NCBI GenBank assembly: GCA_025786725.1
Contig: JAHLTZ010000007.1
Location: 186,001-250,000, forward strand
DNA: 64,000 bases
Origin: Syncephalis fuscata S228
Taxonomy: Eukaryota; Fungi; Zoopagomycota
Direction of reading: 5' to 3'
Of the stretch, positions 11,194-24,232 are shown piece by piece; the stretch's first letter is position 1; every line of letters starts with the position of its first letter. The notes under the pieces were generated by a model. The model worked only from the letters and a program-made list of their open reading frames with translations. It was not told the origin of the DNA and did no database searches. The translations under genes were made by a program, and so were the position numbers.

Positions 11194-13815
11194 CTATGTT
11201 TCATCAAAAATGATACTAGTTACGGTAGAGGAACGTGCATCTCTAAAGGCCAACTGCACTGGACTGACGGCAAATGAAAAACTACCACTTAACATGCTGG
11301 CATCATTGACGGGCAATGGATAGACGCCGATAATTTGAATACGTACTAGATCGTAGACAATAAGTCGTTGTGCATACTTTTCTTTGGGTGGTGGATTTAA
11401 TAAACGTTCCTTAATGGATTCATCTTTACATGAAATAGTATTGGTTGTCGATGATAGTAGTGACGATCGATCAATTGGTCGCTTATTCGTGCTACGTCCT
11501 TGATCAACTGAAACGCATATCGGTCCTAGTACATGGTATAGAAGGGCACCGCCAAAGAAATCCATTTCACCTAGTAGGTGGCCATCACTAGCCTGTAATA
11601 TACATAATTTTCTATTGGCTAAATGGACACAGATGCGGTTAAGACCGGTGTGCAGGCGAACACTACGCACTGAACCTAGCGTAAAGTGTCGACGCCATGA
11701 ATATTTGCCATCGAGTGAACGCACGTATAACCAACGATACGCTTCGGTGGCGGCCTTTTCCGTCGTTTCAATCGTTTCTGGATCGGTTAACACGTCGGAC
11801 ATATGACGTGTTGGTGGTTTACCAGCAGTGCTAGATGATGCCGTATCATTACGATGTTGATAATGCCATGTTGATCGTGGATTAGCACTGCCGGTTAGCA
11901 GTAGGAAATCGCCATCTAATTGTGCCTCTAGTACATGAATGGTAATAGCGTGCAGCTGAATCGTATCCTGTTGTAGAATACGTGCTCTTAATGCCAATTT
12001 AGACGGCGGTATACCAGCAGCAGATAATGCAGTCATTTCATTATAACTAGGTGTCGGTGCCAGTTGCAAAATGGCCCATGAACAATGATCAGGACAGTTA
12101 CGTTCACTGCCTCCAGCAATAAGCCAAATATCTTCATGTACTGAATCAGCGGCTACCACATCCCAACTCCAATCTAATTTGGGCAATTTATGTCTTATTA
12201 ACTGTACACCAGGGGCCAATATGGTTTGTTTACACGTAAAACCAGATGGAGATGATAGTGTTGGCGATGCAGTGTTGGAGTGCAATTCCATTACCGGTGT
12301 TAATGAAGCCGATAGATCTCTAGCACTGCTAGTAGTATTTGCGGTAATAGTATTTAATGCTTGTGGATAGATAATAGGCTCTATAATATCTGTTTGCCCC
12401 GTAATAGCATGCACTCTAATTAGATGTCGACCCATTAAACGACAATTAGTAGGCCCTACAGAAATACGGGCTAGGAAGCGTAGACTATGCACACACCATA
12501 GTGTAGCATCCATAATGCCAATCCGGCCTTGATTATGCACCAATGCTAATAAATAGCGACGATTGGCGCGTAACTCGACTGGGCCACGTGCATGGTCGGC
12601 CACTCGTTCAATAGCCTGTTCGTTTAATTCACTTGATGCATGCGCAATAATCTTTAATGATTTAGACGGTGAACGGGGCTGGGGCAATGCCACCCGTACC
12701 AAATGACCACCGGCCCGTGCTGCTACTGTAGCACCCATATCGGCATTAACCAATAGGGAACGGGCCGTCATATCATCACGGCCAGGTAGTTGTTTAGTAC
12801 GATATTGCCAATCCCCTCGACGCCAGGCCATTTCAAGCTGGCATCGTCGATGATAGATTTGCCACCAATTGGTCAATTCACAGCTATCACGCCAATAAGC
12901 AATAAGTGCCTGTTCTGTACGCCATGTAGGGAAACATAGTCGATATAGCTGTGAATAGTGTAGATTAGGCTCACCCGCCACTACTTGATAACATCGATGA
13001 CATGTATAGGCCAGGGCAAAGAATGTATCTGAAGGTAGCCATGTCATCACTTCAAGTATTAACTCGGCCGGTAATGAAAGTAAAGCAGGCCACTTATTGG
13101 GTGATGTCAATAGTGATTCATTCGAGTCATTTAAATGCCATTGATGGGTATGAAATAATGACGATGATGAAAATGATGAGAATGAACAAGTATCTATCGA
13201 TTGATCCAATTCAGTTTCCATTGTAGAAGTTGAACAATAATGACGGTGACGATATCGATGACGATATTGATTATATAAATATTGTTGTTGTTGTGGCTGT
13301 TGTTGTGGTTGCTGTAATGGATGCTGATGCTGATAATGGTAATGATGATAAGGATGGTAATGATGCTGATATGGAAGTGACTGCGGTATCTGTTCAACAC
13401 TTTGACTATTTGCTAATGGTATAGATTCAAATTTATCTGTAATTGACGATGATGGATGACAACAAGGTGTTGTTGTTGTTGTTGTTGTTGTTGTCGGTAT
13501 CTTGTGTTTGTTTGTTGTTACCGCGGCAGTATTGGTATTAGTAGTTAATGGTGCAGTAATAGTAGTAGCGGTAACGGTAGTAATAACGACAGCTGGCTGA
13601 CTAGCATTGATGGTTTCCATGGCTCCATTGGATACAGAACTGCTGATATATTCATGGTTGCCAGTATTGTTGTTACTGTTATTGTGGTCAATACTGCCGT
13701 TACTAGCACTGTGGTTGTCGCTGTTGTCGTTGTTGTTGTTGTTGGCTTCTCGACGGTAAGGGTGTACAATACGTGCTTGCCGTAATGCCAGCCCCAATGC
13801 AGACAATGCAGTCAT
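11194..13815 (-). CDS. F-box protein with Q/H/T/N-rich N-terminus and divergent beta-rich C-terminus
   Basis: Intronless 873-aa ORF. F-box LLSLPAELILEVMTWLPSDTFFALAYTCHRCYQVV, followed by WWQIYHRRCQLEMAWRRG, typical of the F-box/propeller linker. Confidence 0.75.
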   Translation of the reverse strand: MTALSALGLALRQARIVHPYRREANNNNNDNSDNHSASNGSIDHNNSNNNTGNHEYISSSVSNGAMETINASQPAVVITTVTATTITAPLTTNTNTAAVTTNKHKIPTTTTTTTTTPCCHPSSSITDKFESIPLANSQSVEQIPQSLPYQHHYHPYHHYHYQHQHPLQQPQQQPQQQQYLYNQYRHRYRHRHYCSTSTMETELDQSIDTCSFSSFSSSSLFHTHQWHLNDSNESLLTSPNKWPALLSLPAELILEVMTWLPSDTFFALAYTCHRCYQVVAGEPNLHYSQLYRLCFPTWRTEQALIAYWRDSCELTNWWQIYHRRCQLEMAWRRGDWQYRTKQLPGRDDMTARSLLVNADMGATVAARAGGHLVRVALPQPRSPSKSLKIIAHASSELNEQAIERVADHARGPVELRANRRYLLALVHNQGRIGIMDATLWCVHSLRFLARISVGPTNCRLMGRHLIRVHAITGQTDIIEPIIYPQALNTITANTTSSARDLSASLTPVMELHSNTASPTLSSPSGFTCKQTILAPGVQLIRHKLPKLDWSWDVVAADSVHEDIWLIAGGSERNCPDHCSWAILQLAPTPSYNEMTALSAAGIPPSKLALRARILQQDTIQLHAITIHVLEAQLDGDFLLLTGSANPRSTWHYQHRNDTASSSTAGKPPTRHMSDVLTDPETIETTEKAATEAYRWLYVRSLDGKYSWRRHFTLGSVRSVRLHTGLNRICVHLANRKLCILQASDGHLLGEMDFFGGALLYHVLGPICVSVDQGRSTNKRPIDRSSLLSSTTNTISCKDESIKERLLNPPPKEKYAQRLIVYDLVRIQIIGVYPLPVNDASMLSGSFSFAVSPVQLAFRDARSSTVTSIIFDET

Positions 13816-14232
13816 TCTCTTTAAACTTACACCTAGTAGACAGACTAATAAGTGAAGTAAAAAAGAATAATAGATTACACTTTGAAATGGTCACCAAGAA
13901 ATTGCTTTAAAATAGTAGAAGACAAGGAAGAAGAGAAAGAAGAGGAAGAAGAGAGGTAATAGAAGATACAGTGTGTGTGTGCGTGTATGTGTGTTAGGTG
14001 TGTACGCATGATAATAGTGTGGACTGAAGACCATGCGGTCTAACTATTAATACACTATTAATATGGTATTACTATGGCATTACCATAATATTATATTATA
14101 ATGTTATTGTTAATTGTATTGTTATTACGATTCATTGTATTGTTACTATAATTCATTGTTGTTATATAATCATTGTTATTAAGTAAATAAATGGGCTGTG
14201 ATAGTTAAAATCAATAAGATCAATGAATAGAA

Positions 14233-15095
14233 TCAAGTGGTTGTTGTTGTTGTCTGTGCCAAGTAACGTTCACATAGACTGCGAATCTGGCCCACTGTTC
14301 GCTGTAGCTTATTTAGTTTTAAGTCACGGAAGGCATTCTATTAGCAAATTAGATAAAAATTGATTAATAGATAAATAGGTATAATTTGAAATCTTACCTC
14401 ATATTGATTGCCATGCTTGGCAATAACTTGTTTTGCCCATTGAATTTCACCTGGTGCTAAAAATCGTTGATATGGGACATGTTCGGCCACTTGTCGTTCC
14501 ATTTCTATTACATCATAAACAGTATTAGTCTCACTGTTTGTTATTGATACAACTGCTTACCTTGAACTAATTTGGTCTTCGCTTTCACTTGTGGTATATC
14601 ATTATCTTCATCGTCCGAGTTGGCTTCAGTGCCCATAATAACACTAATAATTTTGCCGTTATCATCGCGTTTGACCAAGGCACGTCCTGGACCTAGGTGA
14701 CGTTTTATTGTCTCTTCGTCCAGACTAGATAGGTCTTTGGTATGGGTGATATCTGTCTGGCGTTGTAATACTTCAGTCATATCAACAACGGTGCCGTCAA
14801 GTAATGGGTCGGCTTGAGTAGCGCCGCGCACTAGCTCTTCGTCTATTTCTTGGTTCTTAAGTACCGCTTCTTCAAAGGCCCGACTACGCTCGGTACCACC
14901 GGCCACACCGTTAACGCGATGGGCAAGTCCTAATTGAGCATAGTTCTGACGTACCGTTAATCGCTCATTCCAATGCGCTGCTACCATCTGGTCATGAGCG
15001 ATCGGTCGCTTACGGGCCGTTCTCTTGGCCACACGACGTGTATTCTTTTGTGTTGGTTGGCGATTGACGCGGCGTGCATGAGGTCGTTTACCCAT
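14233..15095 (-). CDS. NOP16: Nucleolar protein 16 (60S biogenesis), 3 exons
   Basis: Basic N-terminus; WNERLTVRQNYAQLGLA motif; spliced C-terminus IAKHGNQYE|NAFRDLKLNKLQRTVGQIR. Confidence 0.9.
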
Positions 15096-15239
15096 AATGA
15101 ATGATTGAAGAATTTAAATGGCAAGAAAGAAAAAAGAAAAAGAAAAAAATGAATACACATCCAGTTACACTCCATACAATTACATTCATACAATCATTTA
15201 AGCAGTAATATCAGCGATTTACTTAATTATATTAACATT

Positions 15240-16862
15240 AGTAAACAATTATATTAATTATATTGTGATTTGGTGTTAAACGTCTATATTGATTATTTAT
15301 TGGACATAATATTGGGTGGTGAGTGCTATCAAAGCTAAAATACTCATCGTCATAGATTTATTATCCAGTATGCATATATCTTCTATTTACAAAAGAAACG
15401 GCTATTTTTATTTAATTAATACTAAATATTGTTATGTATAATGGTGTTGAAATACAATCTATTCATTGGATGATGCATCACACTATTAAGTTATTCAATG
15501 CAAATATGGTAAAATATCCCATATGGTACTATTTTGTGAATGTCATGATTGCATTGATTTATGTTAAAAGATAATACGGCATCTTTATATAGATTTAATG
15601 TTAGCATGTTAGTATGGTTAATGATTGCTAGGCAATAGATGCAAAATTAAATATGATCATAGACATGATAGCTTGAATCATATAATTAAAATAGAATCAG
15701 TGTGTTTACTATTAAAGTTTGCATAGCGGAATAGGCACAATTAAATGAAAGCTTGTTGGCAATAGGATAATAACATTGATTAAAATTGAGAAAACCGGGC
15801 ATTGGCTGGAACTTGGTATGTACATGGACTAAACGGCACTGTTAAATGATCGTGGCTTTTGCTAAATGCATACTTAAAGTGTATAAAACCAGCAGTTTAA
15901 TTATACTACCAATGCTAATGCCTCAAAATCTCTAATTAATATATATATATAAAATACATATATAATTTATAGCGTATGGTTGGCGTTCAATTAATGGTAT
16001 AAGATGCTACTTACAATCTATTAACACAAAATATTAATGCAAGTTCAACATATTAGTGTTTTCAAGTTATCATTTGATTTGCTATCGTGTACTAAACTTA
16101 CTTTTAGCTGATAGTATTAATTTAATTGATTTATATTAGTAAATAATATTTAGCGCATTTATTATGTGTATATCAGCGTAAAGCGAGTGTCGGAACACTA
16201 GTTTATAGTCACAACTTACAAACGAATACCATCATTAGTTAATCATAATAGCAGTAAGTATATTAATTTGTATAGATTATACCATTGATGTGCAATGTGA
16301 ACCAATAACAGCACATTTACATAATGATACTAAGCATACGTATATTAATGTATTATGACGTGATAGTATGCTGCCTAGCCTTTACTTTAATCTATTCAGT
16401 ATTTACACTGATGCGATTACCAACTCGCCTATGCAATATAAACAAAATCTATTGGTTCTATAAAAGCAGTGACAATACACCAATATAATCATGCTGTCTC
16501 TTTTACTCACAGCTTCAATCCTCAATATCTACATGTATTTCGATCAATGCTTAAAACCAATGCAATTCAGTTTTAATGCATTAAATTTGTATTTTTACAC
16601 AATCCATAGCTGTGCGTAAAATATTTGCAGTTTATAAATTAAAAACATATAATGACTGATTCATACGTTCATTCAGGTTGACATTGCCTCTTTGTTGCAG
16701 AAATAAACAATTCATTCTAGTAAAATGTTATGGATCTTAAAGGCTTTATTATTGCGATTTCATTAATGTATAATAATACAACTTTATTTCCGTATTTGTA
16801 TTTATAAATATTAATACGCTTTAAACTAAATAGTGAATTATGGTTAAACTTTAATAACATTT
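15240..16862 (+). repeat. Degenerate dispersed repeat, copy A; fills the NOP16-M28 intergenic spacer
   Basis: Colinear similarity to 23158-24232, e.g. tgatgcatcacactattaagttattcaatgcaaatatggtaaaa vs tgatgcatcacactattgagttattcagtgcaaatatggtaaaa. Its left part also matches 24872-25050 (inverted) and 47480-47630. Confidence 0.8.
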
Positions 16863-16869
16863 ATTCAAT

Positions 16870-19800
16870 TCAAAGTTTAATCTCTTGGAATACTTCCAAT
16901 ACACCTGTACCACTCGCCCATATTTGTGCCCACTTAGGCAACATGTTTCTAACCTTGGTAATAGAGGGCGAATGTAGTTCAATATCATCAAACTCGCATT
17001 TCACTTGAATGGTGTCATTGGGTCGGCCACCTATAACACGGAAGGCCCATGGTTGCTCAAATCGACCACGAATAACCGCTGCATTGGTCACTGGCACACT
17101 GGATACAAGCCAGTCATCTGACGGCGTCTGTCCTTGAATTGCTTCTAGGGATATGGGCGATGCATCGATGCTATTTGTATCATCGTCAGAAAGTGACATT
17201 TTAAACGACTCTAGACCATAAAGAATAATGGCTGATTCGCGCAGGATGGCCAATGGATGAGCTCGTGGCAGTTGAATATAGCAGTAACGGGACTCGGGTG
17301 CATAAATCTCTACTAGGCCGGTGTATCTTTTAACTGCTCGCATATTAATCGGAGGCCAGAACTTAAATTTAGGAGAGGCCATTGTCCAATGCATACTTGG
17401 CCACTTTCGACCCCGAGCCAGTGAGATGGTTTTATTGTATCCATTAGGTGTAAGGTCGATAGATAGGGAATAACTCGGTCTAGATCACGCGGCCCAGTCA
17501 ACGACATAATGTTGGTGTCATTTTTAGGTGTGTAGTTTTGACGGGCCATCACCTTAACGGGTGTATTGCCTGAATAGTTGCTTAACAATAGTAGTATGAG
17601 TGTGAGTATAGAGACAAATTGTAGCTGGAACTGGTCCATGGCTTAATTACTGATTCGTTATTGATTGGTCGCTTAGGCAAGAATGGCATTAAAGGCAGTG
17701 TAATGGTTGTGGCCAACACACTTAGCACTATGTACACTATAGAATGGGCAATATAACATGGTTAATAAAAAATGCGAAATATTACACTAACTTACAGGCA
17801 ATCGCCGGAAGACCGTCAACCATATGAGGTGCAAATCCTACAAGAATCATGTCTGTTAAATCCATAAATAGAGCCGCTGGAATAATTGCAGATAATAAAA
17901 GACGAATAAATCCAGATGCACGATGACATTGTCGCCATTCACTTAGTTCGCTGTAAAGCATGGCAGCTATACTTCCAATCAATCCAAATTGGACATAGTA
18001 AAGTGAACCATATCGGTATTTGTAAGCAATGAATGATGCTAGCAGCACTGCGAGAGACCATACTATACTAAGGCCGGCCAGGCGTAATTTGCCGTTCAAT
18101 GGCTTGTAGTAGCGATGATATCGGGAAAAATCCATGGCATATACACCGACCAAAACAAATATAGCTAGGCACCAACGGGGATGTCGATAGATGACGAGGT
18201 CGTTTAAGAAAGTAAGGGCCACCGACCATACTATACAAAGAATCACGGCCACTAGCATACTGAATAAAGTCTGTAGCACAGAATATTTCAAAAGTTGAAG
18301 TGTACTGCCAATAGTGGCACCAGAGGTTCGTCGAGTATGCGTAATTACAGTCAATCCGACAAGTAAATAGGCTGATACTAGTAAAGCAATATTCCAGCAT
18401 TGGTATGTGGCATAGCCTCCAGCAATCATAACATGCCCAAATAATCGTAATACACAATAAATAATCGCTCTGGTGTTTTAGATTCAACAGCATCGAATGT
18501 CGCTTCGGTACGAGGGGATAGCTCATCGATGTTGGCTGCTTTAGTAGCATAAGCCAATAAATTATTTCCAACATATTGAAGCGAGTTTGGCGTAAGCGAT
18601 TCAATCGAGTCCTTTTGTGTATGATACCATCCACGTCGTTCGTAAAATGCCATATCTATACCAGGCCATCGTTTTTGTAAAACTGCATAATCGGTGCCAC
18701 TAGCATTGCTATGTTATTAATTTATAAACAATTTTATTTCTGTTATTTACCTTTTAATGACACCTGCGGCGAATAAATCATTGGCAATAACATTGCCATG
18801 AGAGTGTGGTGCTGTTTTGGCCCATTCTTCAAGTACATCGGAACCGGAAGCTTGGAAAACCATTGGCTTGCCGCCCACACCACCACAATCTGTAAAATAA
18901 ATTATCAGTTTAATTATGCTAATGTAAAATCCACTTACCAATATTAATAAAAGAATGGACGTATTTAGACCATGGATGTTGCATAAAGGCACGACTACCC
19001 AATAAGCCAACCTCCTCTCCATTATTTATATTAAACAATAAACCATGTCGAGTTGGTGGTTTATGGATAAGAGCACGAATAAGCTACAATAAAGTGTTAA
19101 TGATTCACATGCATCATACTAACCAATTTAACATTTACCTCGAGTAGTGCTGCAACGGCCATACCATTATCTGCAGCACCATTGCTTGTAGGAACCGAAT
19201 CTATTCCATTATTCATTATATGTTATAACAGTGTCAATGAACAAGCGGCAGTATTAATTACCATAATGAGCTAAAAACATGATTGACTTGTTTGTTTCGG
19301 TACCAGGAATTTTGAGCAATAGATTGCGTGAATGATAAAACATGCCGAGTTCTGTATTGGGATCATTTCGTGGTATGCCAGCCATGTCTGCGTCAAAGAG
19401 TCTGTCCGATCCAAAGTAGACCTCCTCATTTTCAAATTCCACTTGTACGGTACGCCCAGCCTCAGCGGCCATATGTTGCAAACGACTCAGTTCTTTCACC
19501 AAATATGCACGACTAACATCGTTTTCCCGACTATTAATTGGATGAGGCTTGGATGCAAACTGCTGCAAATGATGCCAGGCTCCATCTCCAGAAAAAACAG
19601 TTGATTTGTTACTAGCATCGACGGGCCTAGATGTAGGTAAGCGATCAAATGACCAATTTACTAGCAATAAGGTGATTGCATAGGCCAGGATAAGTGCCAT
19701 TAACGCTAGGGAACCTCGACGGGTTGATGATGGACGTGTTTGGCCTAAAGGATCGGTAAAGACAGCATGATCTCTGGGTGGTGTTGTAGTCGATAATAAC

Positions 19801-19898
19801 GGCTGTTGTTCTGCAGGTGAACGAGCTATCTGCTGGATATCATCATCTTGGTTATCGCTTGATGTGCCATCGGCACCTTGACGGGTACGTTGTCGCAT
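16870..19898 (-). CDS. M28-family multi-pass membrane metallopeptidase (Pff1/ERMP1-like)
   Basis: Zn-ligand motifs after splicing: LAHY|[51 protein letters not shown]|[17 protein letters not shown]-terminal TM plus multi-TM C-terminal region. Confidence 0.88.
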
Positions 19899-21571
19899 AA
19901 TATTGTAAAGATACAAAAGAGAAAGTCAAAAGTGCAATGACGATTTCCAAGTATATTTCTGTGGGATTTAAATATTTAAGGCCTGCGTCTTGCTCCGCAC
20001 AATATCCCACAAAGTAGTGTCGCTATTTTCGGAACTTGTCGATGCACAAGCCATCACACATAAAACTTGTTGCTAAAAGGACCCAACACAGATAAGTAGG
20101 AATTATAATAGCAAGCTATTTCGATGTCAATGAATTAATCAAGTTCTTGTTGAGAAATATTTATTATCTGGTAATACAGAATATTTATATTTCATAAAAT
20201 CAAGTATAACATACTATTACGTCATTGTTCAAGCCAAAAAAATACAATTGGTATACAGATAGGAACTTGGCCAATAGTAAACAATCACACATTAAATATC
20301 GGCTAAAATGTAGTAGAACTACCGAATTAATATCAGTTTGGTATATATGTAGTAAATGTTGTCGATATAACAACGTGATTGCTAAGAATCATTCAACTAA
20401 TTCGCATAATCATTATATATTGATTAAACTGAGTATTGAATAGTAAAAGTATAACCAGCAACGTATCATTTATAAATTTAAAAAGCTTACACTATTATTG
20501 CTTTTATTAACTACAAAGAATATCAGAAATATACGTACAACAACAATTGTTACATTATAAAAGTGTTAAATTATTGTATAAGACGTAAAAAAGGTAGAAA
20601 TATGCTACTACATAAAGGGCACTTGACAATTATACAACGTGTATTGTGTGGAATTTTAACTTATAAATTTTGGTCGAACTGTATTTTGACTCCCACATTT
20701 GTCCTAAAGCACAATTCGTTCCAATCAGAGTCTTGTCGTTGTTATGCACAACATAGTTATATTACTTCTATTAAAATATTGTTAATAAATTGATTTAAAT
20801 AAAATAATGTAATATACTATTTGATTTTATTGAACATTTAAAATTAATTACTGTTGTTGTTGTTGGCCATGTGTAGAAAGATTGATCGAATATTAATAAA
20901 AGCCATATGATTGCAATTCCATATCGTTCCTCATTACTTCTGTTGCATGTTTGTCATACTGCACATCAAACTGTTATATGATTCATTTCTTTTGTATCTT
21001 GTTTCTGTTTACTTGAACCACATTGCATATTATAATAATTATATTTAATAATCGCAACTATTTTATTATTTTTATACTTGTAGACCATTTCAGCAAATAT
21101 TTTAACAATTCAGTGTAAAAAGCCTTTTATTTTATTAAATGTTATTTCAACTTCAACTAATACCGTAATGTGCATATTACTTATGATTACACATGAATTG
21201 ATTAATGTTGGATGTAATATTATGCATGTTATAGTAATGAGTGAATGTTTAATTGTATTTAAACGTGCTGAAAAGTGAAATGGATAAATAAAAATGTGGG
21301 AGTTAAAATACAGTAACTCCTAAATTTTAATTATTTTTAATTATTTGAATTGTTTTATTCTGTTTTTTGCAGCAAATCTGATTCATTGTCGTTTTTATTG
21401 TTAGTAGATCTTTACGACAACACGTAAGTACAAGAGAACACAGCAATTAGTTGCGAATCTAACACGTTGCATGCATAAATGTCATCGATAAATGGTCATT
21501 GATGTAGGCAAATAAACTTTTAATTGCTGAATTCTAACAACATTCCAGTTTATTTAGTTTAAAACTCCACC

Positions 21572-21991
21572 ATGGATAATAGCGAATTGCAGGAGGACGG
21601 GACTCGCGTTCAAATTATTTCAGCAAAGACTGAAGGCGATAATGGCCAGGCGTCGACGTGGAATGACGATGGCCAAGCACCTAAAGATCCCAAGGATCGC
21701 ACAACCACGCCCTACATGACTAAATACGAACGGGCACGTATTTTGGGCACGCGAGCATTACAAATCAGGTACAGCTTTATTGTATAAGATAGAAATAGAC
21801 ATACACAGTTATCTAACAGCAGTATGCTATGTAGTATGAATGCACCAGTATTGGTGGAGCTCGAAGGTGAGACGGATCCATTGGTGATCGCGCATAAGGA
21901 ACTAGTCGAGAAGAAAATTCCGCTGATTGTACGGCGGTTTTTACCCGACGGCAGTTATGAAGACTGGCCGGCCGAGGATTTGATTGTTTAA
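21572..21991 (+). CDS. RPB6: RNA polymerase I/II/III shared subunit RPB6
   Basis: [23 protein letters not shown]|[45 protein letters not shown]; one intron about 21769-21833. An extra upstream exon is possible (donor gtaagt at 21424). Confidence 0.96.
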
Positions 21992-22027
21992 GATGGTGAT
22001 TATGTGATGCTTTAATAAATGAGCTAG

Positions 22028-23137
22028 TTAAATATACGTATAGATCGGGTCGTCGACATGCCAGTGAGGAGATAGATAGGCGGGATGAGTATGGTCAATA
22101 AAGTGCTTACGCCACTGACGTATGAAAGCCTCAAGGTCAGGCCAGCACAGTTGGCCATTTTCATTGGTGTCTTGTTGTTGTAATAGCTGTTGAACAATAT
22201 ATTCTCCGTGCTCTATGAAATCCAGTCCCTTAACTCGATCTTTTAATAGACAGGCTTGTTTTAGTATTTGACGCGGGATATTATGTATAGTGTCCGTAGA
22301 ATCTTGATCAATTAATGCTTCGTTTGTATCTGCTATATGGTTTTGCCACCATTCCTTTACGCATTTGGCCAGACTATCTTGACGTGCTTCTGGTATTTTA
22401 CTCTTATGAAGTAATAAAGCAGATGCAGCTCTACGTACAACGCCATCTTCACGGCATTCTATCCAGCCCTGTCCCTCTAATGGTAGGCTGTACTGTTGAG
22501 CAATCTTTTTCTTCAAATCCATGGCCGATTTTTCATATTGATCATGACATTTACTACACAACGGTAGAATATCATGACTCTAAAATAATAATCAGCCATT
22601 AATAAATATTAGTTTTTTTGCTTACTGATCGTGATTTTACTGATAAAGGCATATGTTGTCGATAGAGTTCGGGTACTATTTATCAAAGAGATGTCAGTAT
22701 CCATTAGCTGAGTTTTCTATACGTAAATACACACCAACATGATGCATAGTTAAGCCTTGATCGCTGCCGCAACAAACGCACTGATCGTGCCGATCCTCTA
22801 AGTAGTAGGCGTCGCCAGCTCGTCCACGACCACGCGTAATAAAGTTTAGCTGAATTACCAGTGGTATTTCTTCTTTAGCCGCTTCACTCTCAGAATCATT
22901 CTGCAAGCATTTAGACTCTACTTGACAAGCTAAACCACGCGATAAATACCAGTTGGCACGTTTTCTACTCCCAACGTTTGTCAGCAGGTTGGTCGAGTTT
23001 ATACATACTATCATTACCTACTTTGCACAACGAAATAGCAATTCACCTTCTATTGACAATACTGCACAGTTGTCATAAATGGGCTGAGTTTTTGTTAGTC
23101 TAATCTGCTGTTGTTGTTGTTGCAACGAATGTGACAT
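22028..23137 (-). CDS. Stand-alone HNH/Zn-finger protein resembling the C-terminal domain of EXD2, 4 exons
   Basis: Spliced: PIYDNCAVLSIEGELLFRCAK..KRANWYLSRGLA...YYLEDRHDQCVCCGSDQGLTMHHV|VPELYRQHMPLSVKSRS|SHDILPLCSKCH...FIRQWRKHFIDHTHPAYLSPHWHVD. This matches the recalled EXD2 C-terminal motif order. Confidence 0.8.
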
Positions 23138-23157
23138 GGTAGCTAATAAAATATTTA

Positions 23158-24232
23158 ATATTTGCAAAAGAATGATTATCTTTATTTAAAGAATACTGAA
23201 TATTAGTATGCATAATTATACTGAAATACAATTAATTTACTGAGTGATGCATCACACTATTGAGTTATTCAGTGCAAATATGGTAAAACAATTTTATATG
23301 ACGCTATTTAATGAGTTATATGCCATATTGCTCTATGTTAGTGAGCAGTAAAATATATTTGTATAGGTTTGATATTAATATGTTTGCTAGTCAATAGATG
23401 CAAACCAAGCATGCTCATAGATGTGATAGCTTGATTAATATAATTAAAATAGAATTAATGTGTTTATCGCTTAAAATTCGCGTAACTAAGTAGGCACAAC
23501 TAAATGTAAACTTGCTAGGACATAGTAACATTATTGGTTAAAAGTTGAATCAACTGAAATATTGGCTGTAGCTTAATATGTAAATAATCTCGATGACAGT
23601 TACAACATGATCTTAATATTGCCAAAGCTATACTTAGTGTATATAGGGCCGGCTGTCTAACTATATTACCAATATCCATGTTTTAAACGTTGATTATTCG
23701 ATTTTGCAACTAAATACAACGTATGCCATATGATTAACGTATGAACCAACAGTGATATAAACTTACACTTACTTTCTATTAACGCGAGTTATTAAATATA
23801 CAGTGCATGGCGTATGTTTACTACATATATAAATAATATACAGTGTTGCTTACCATCTATTAGTATAGGTTGTCAGGCACACAATGCATGGCATATGTTT
23901 AGTGAATAATCGATTGATATATAATGCCGCTTACTTTCCTTGAGGTCGACGCAGTATTAATTTTAATGCGTTGAACTTGTATCTTTCACAGATATTTAAT
24001 ACTATGCTTAAACAAGGCTGCAACCCCGTAAGACGTAAAGTATACTGCTTGGTCCACATGTTCATTTAATTTGGCATTACGACTTGTCTATAAAAACAAG
24101 CTGTCCATCTTAGCACAGTACCATCAACTGTTGATACAGATATTGCTTTAACAATCGATTGCTAATGTTAGTTATAAGCCGCCGCATAACTGTATTTTTA
24201 TAATAAAATATTGAGCTTAAACTTTAATAATG
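23158..24232 (+). repeat. Degenerate dispersed repeat, copy B
   Basis: Colinear with about 15385-16040 and 16560-16860; shared blocks include caatagatgcaaa, tgatagcttga..atataattaaaatagaat, taggcacaa.taaatg and ttaaactttaataa. Confidence 0.8.

Noticed and set aside
16870-16885. M28 C-terminal IKL as PTS1, and stop-readthrough PTS1 extensions on TAL1, SOD1 or the oxidoreductase
   Set aside because: IKL is non-consensus on a multi-pass membrane protein; none of those enzyme genes has a TGA-CTA context or an SKL-like extension.
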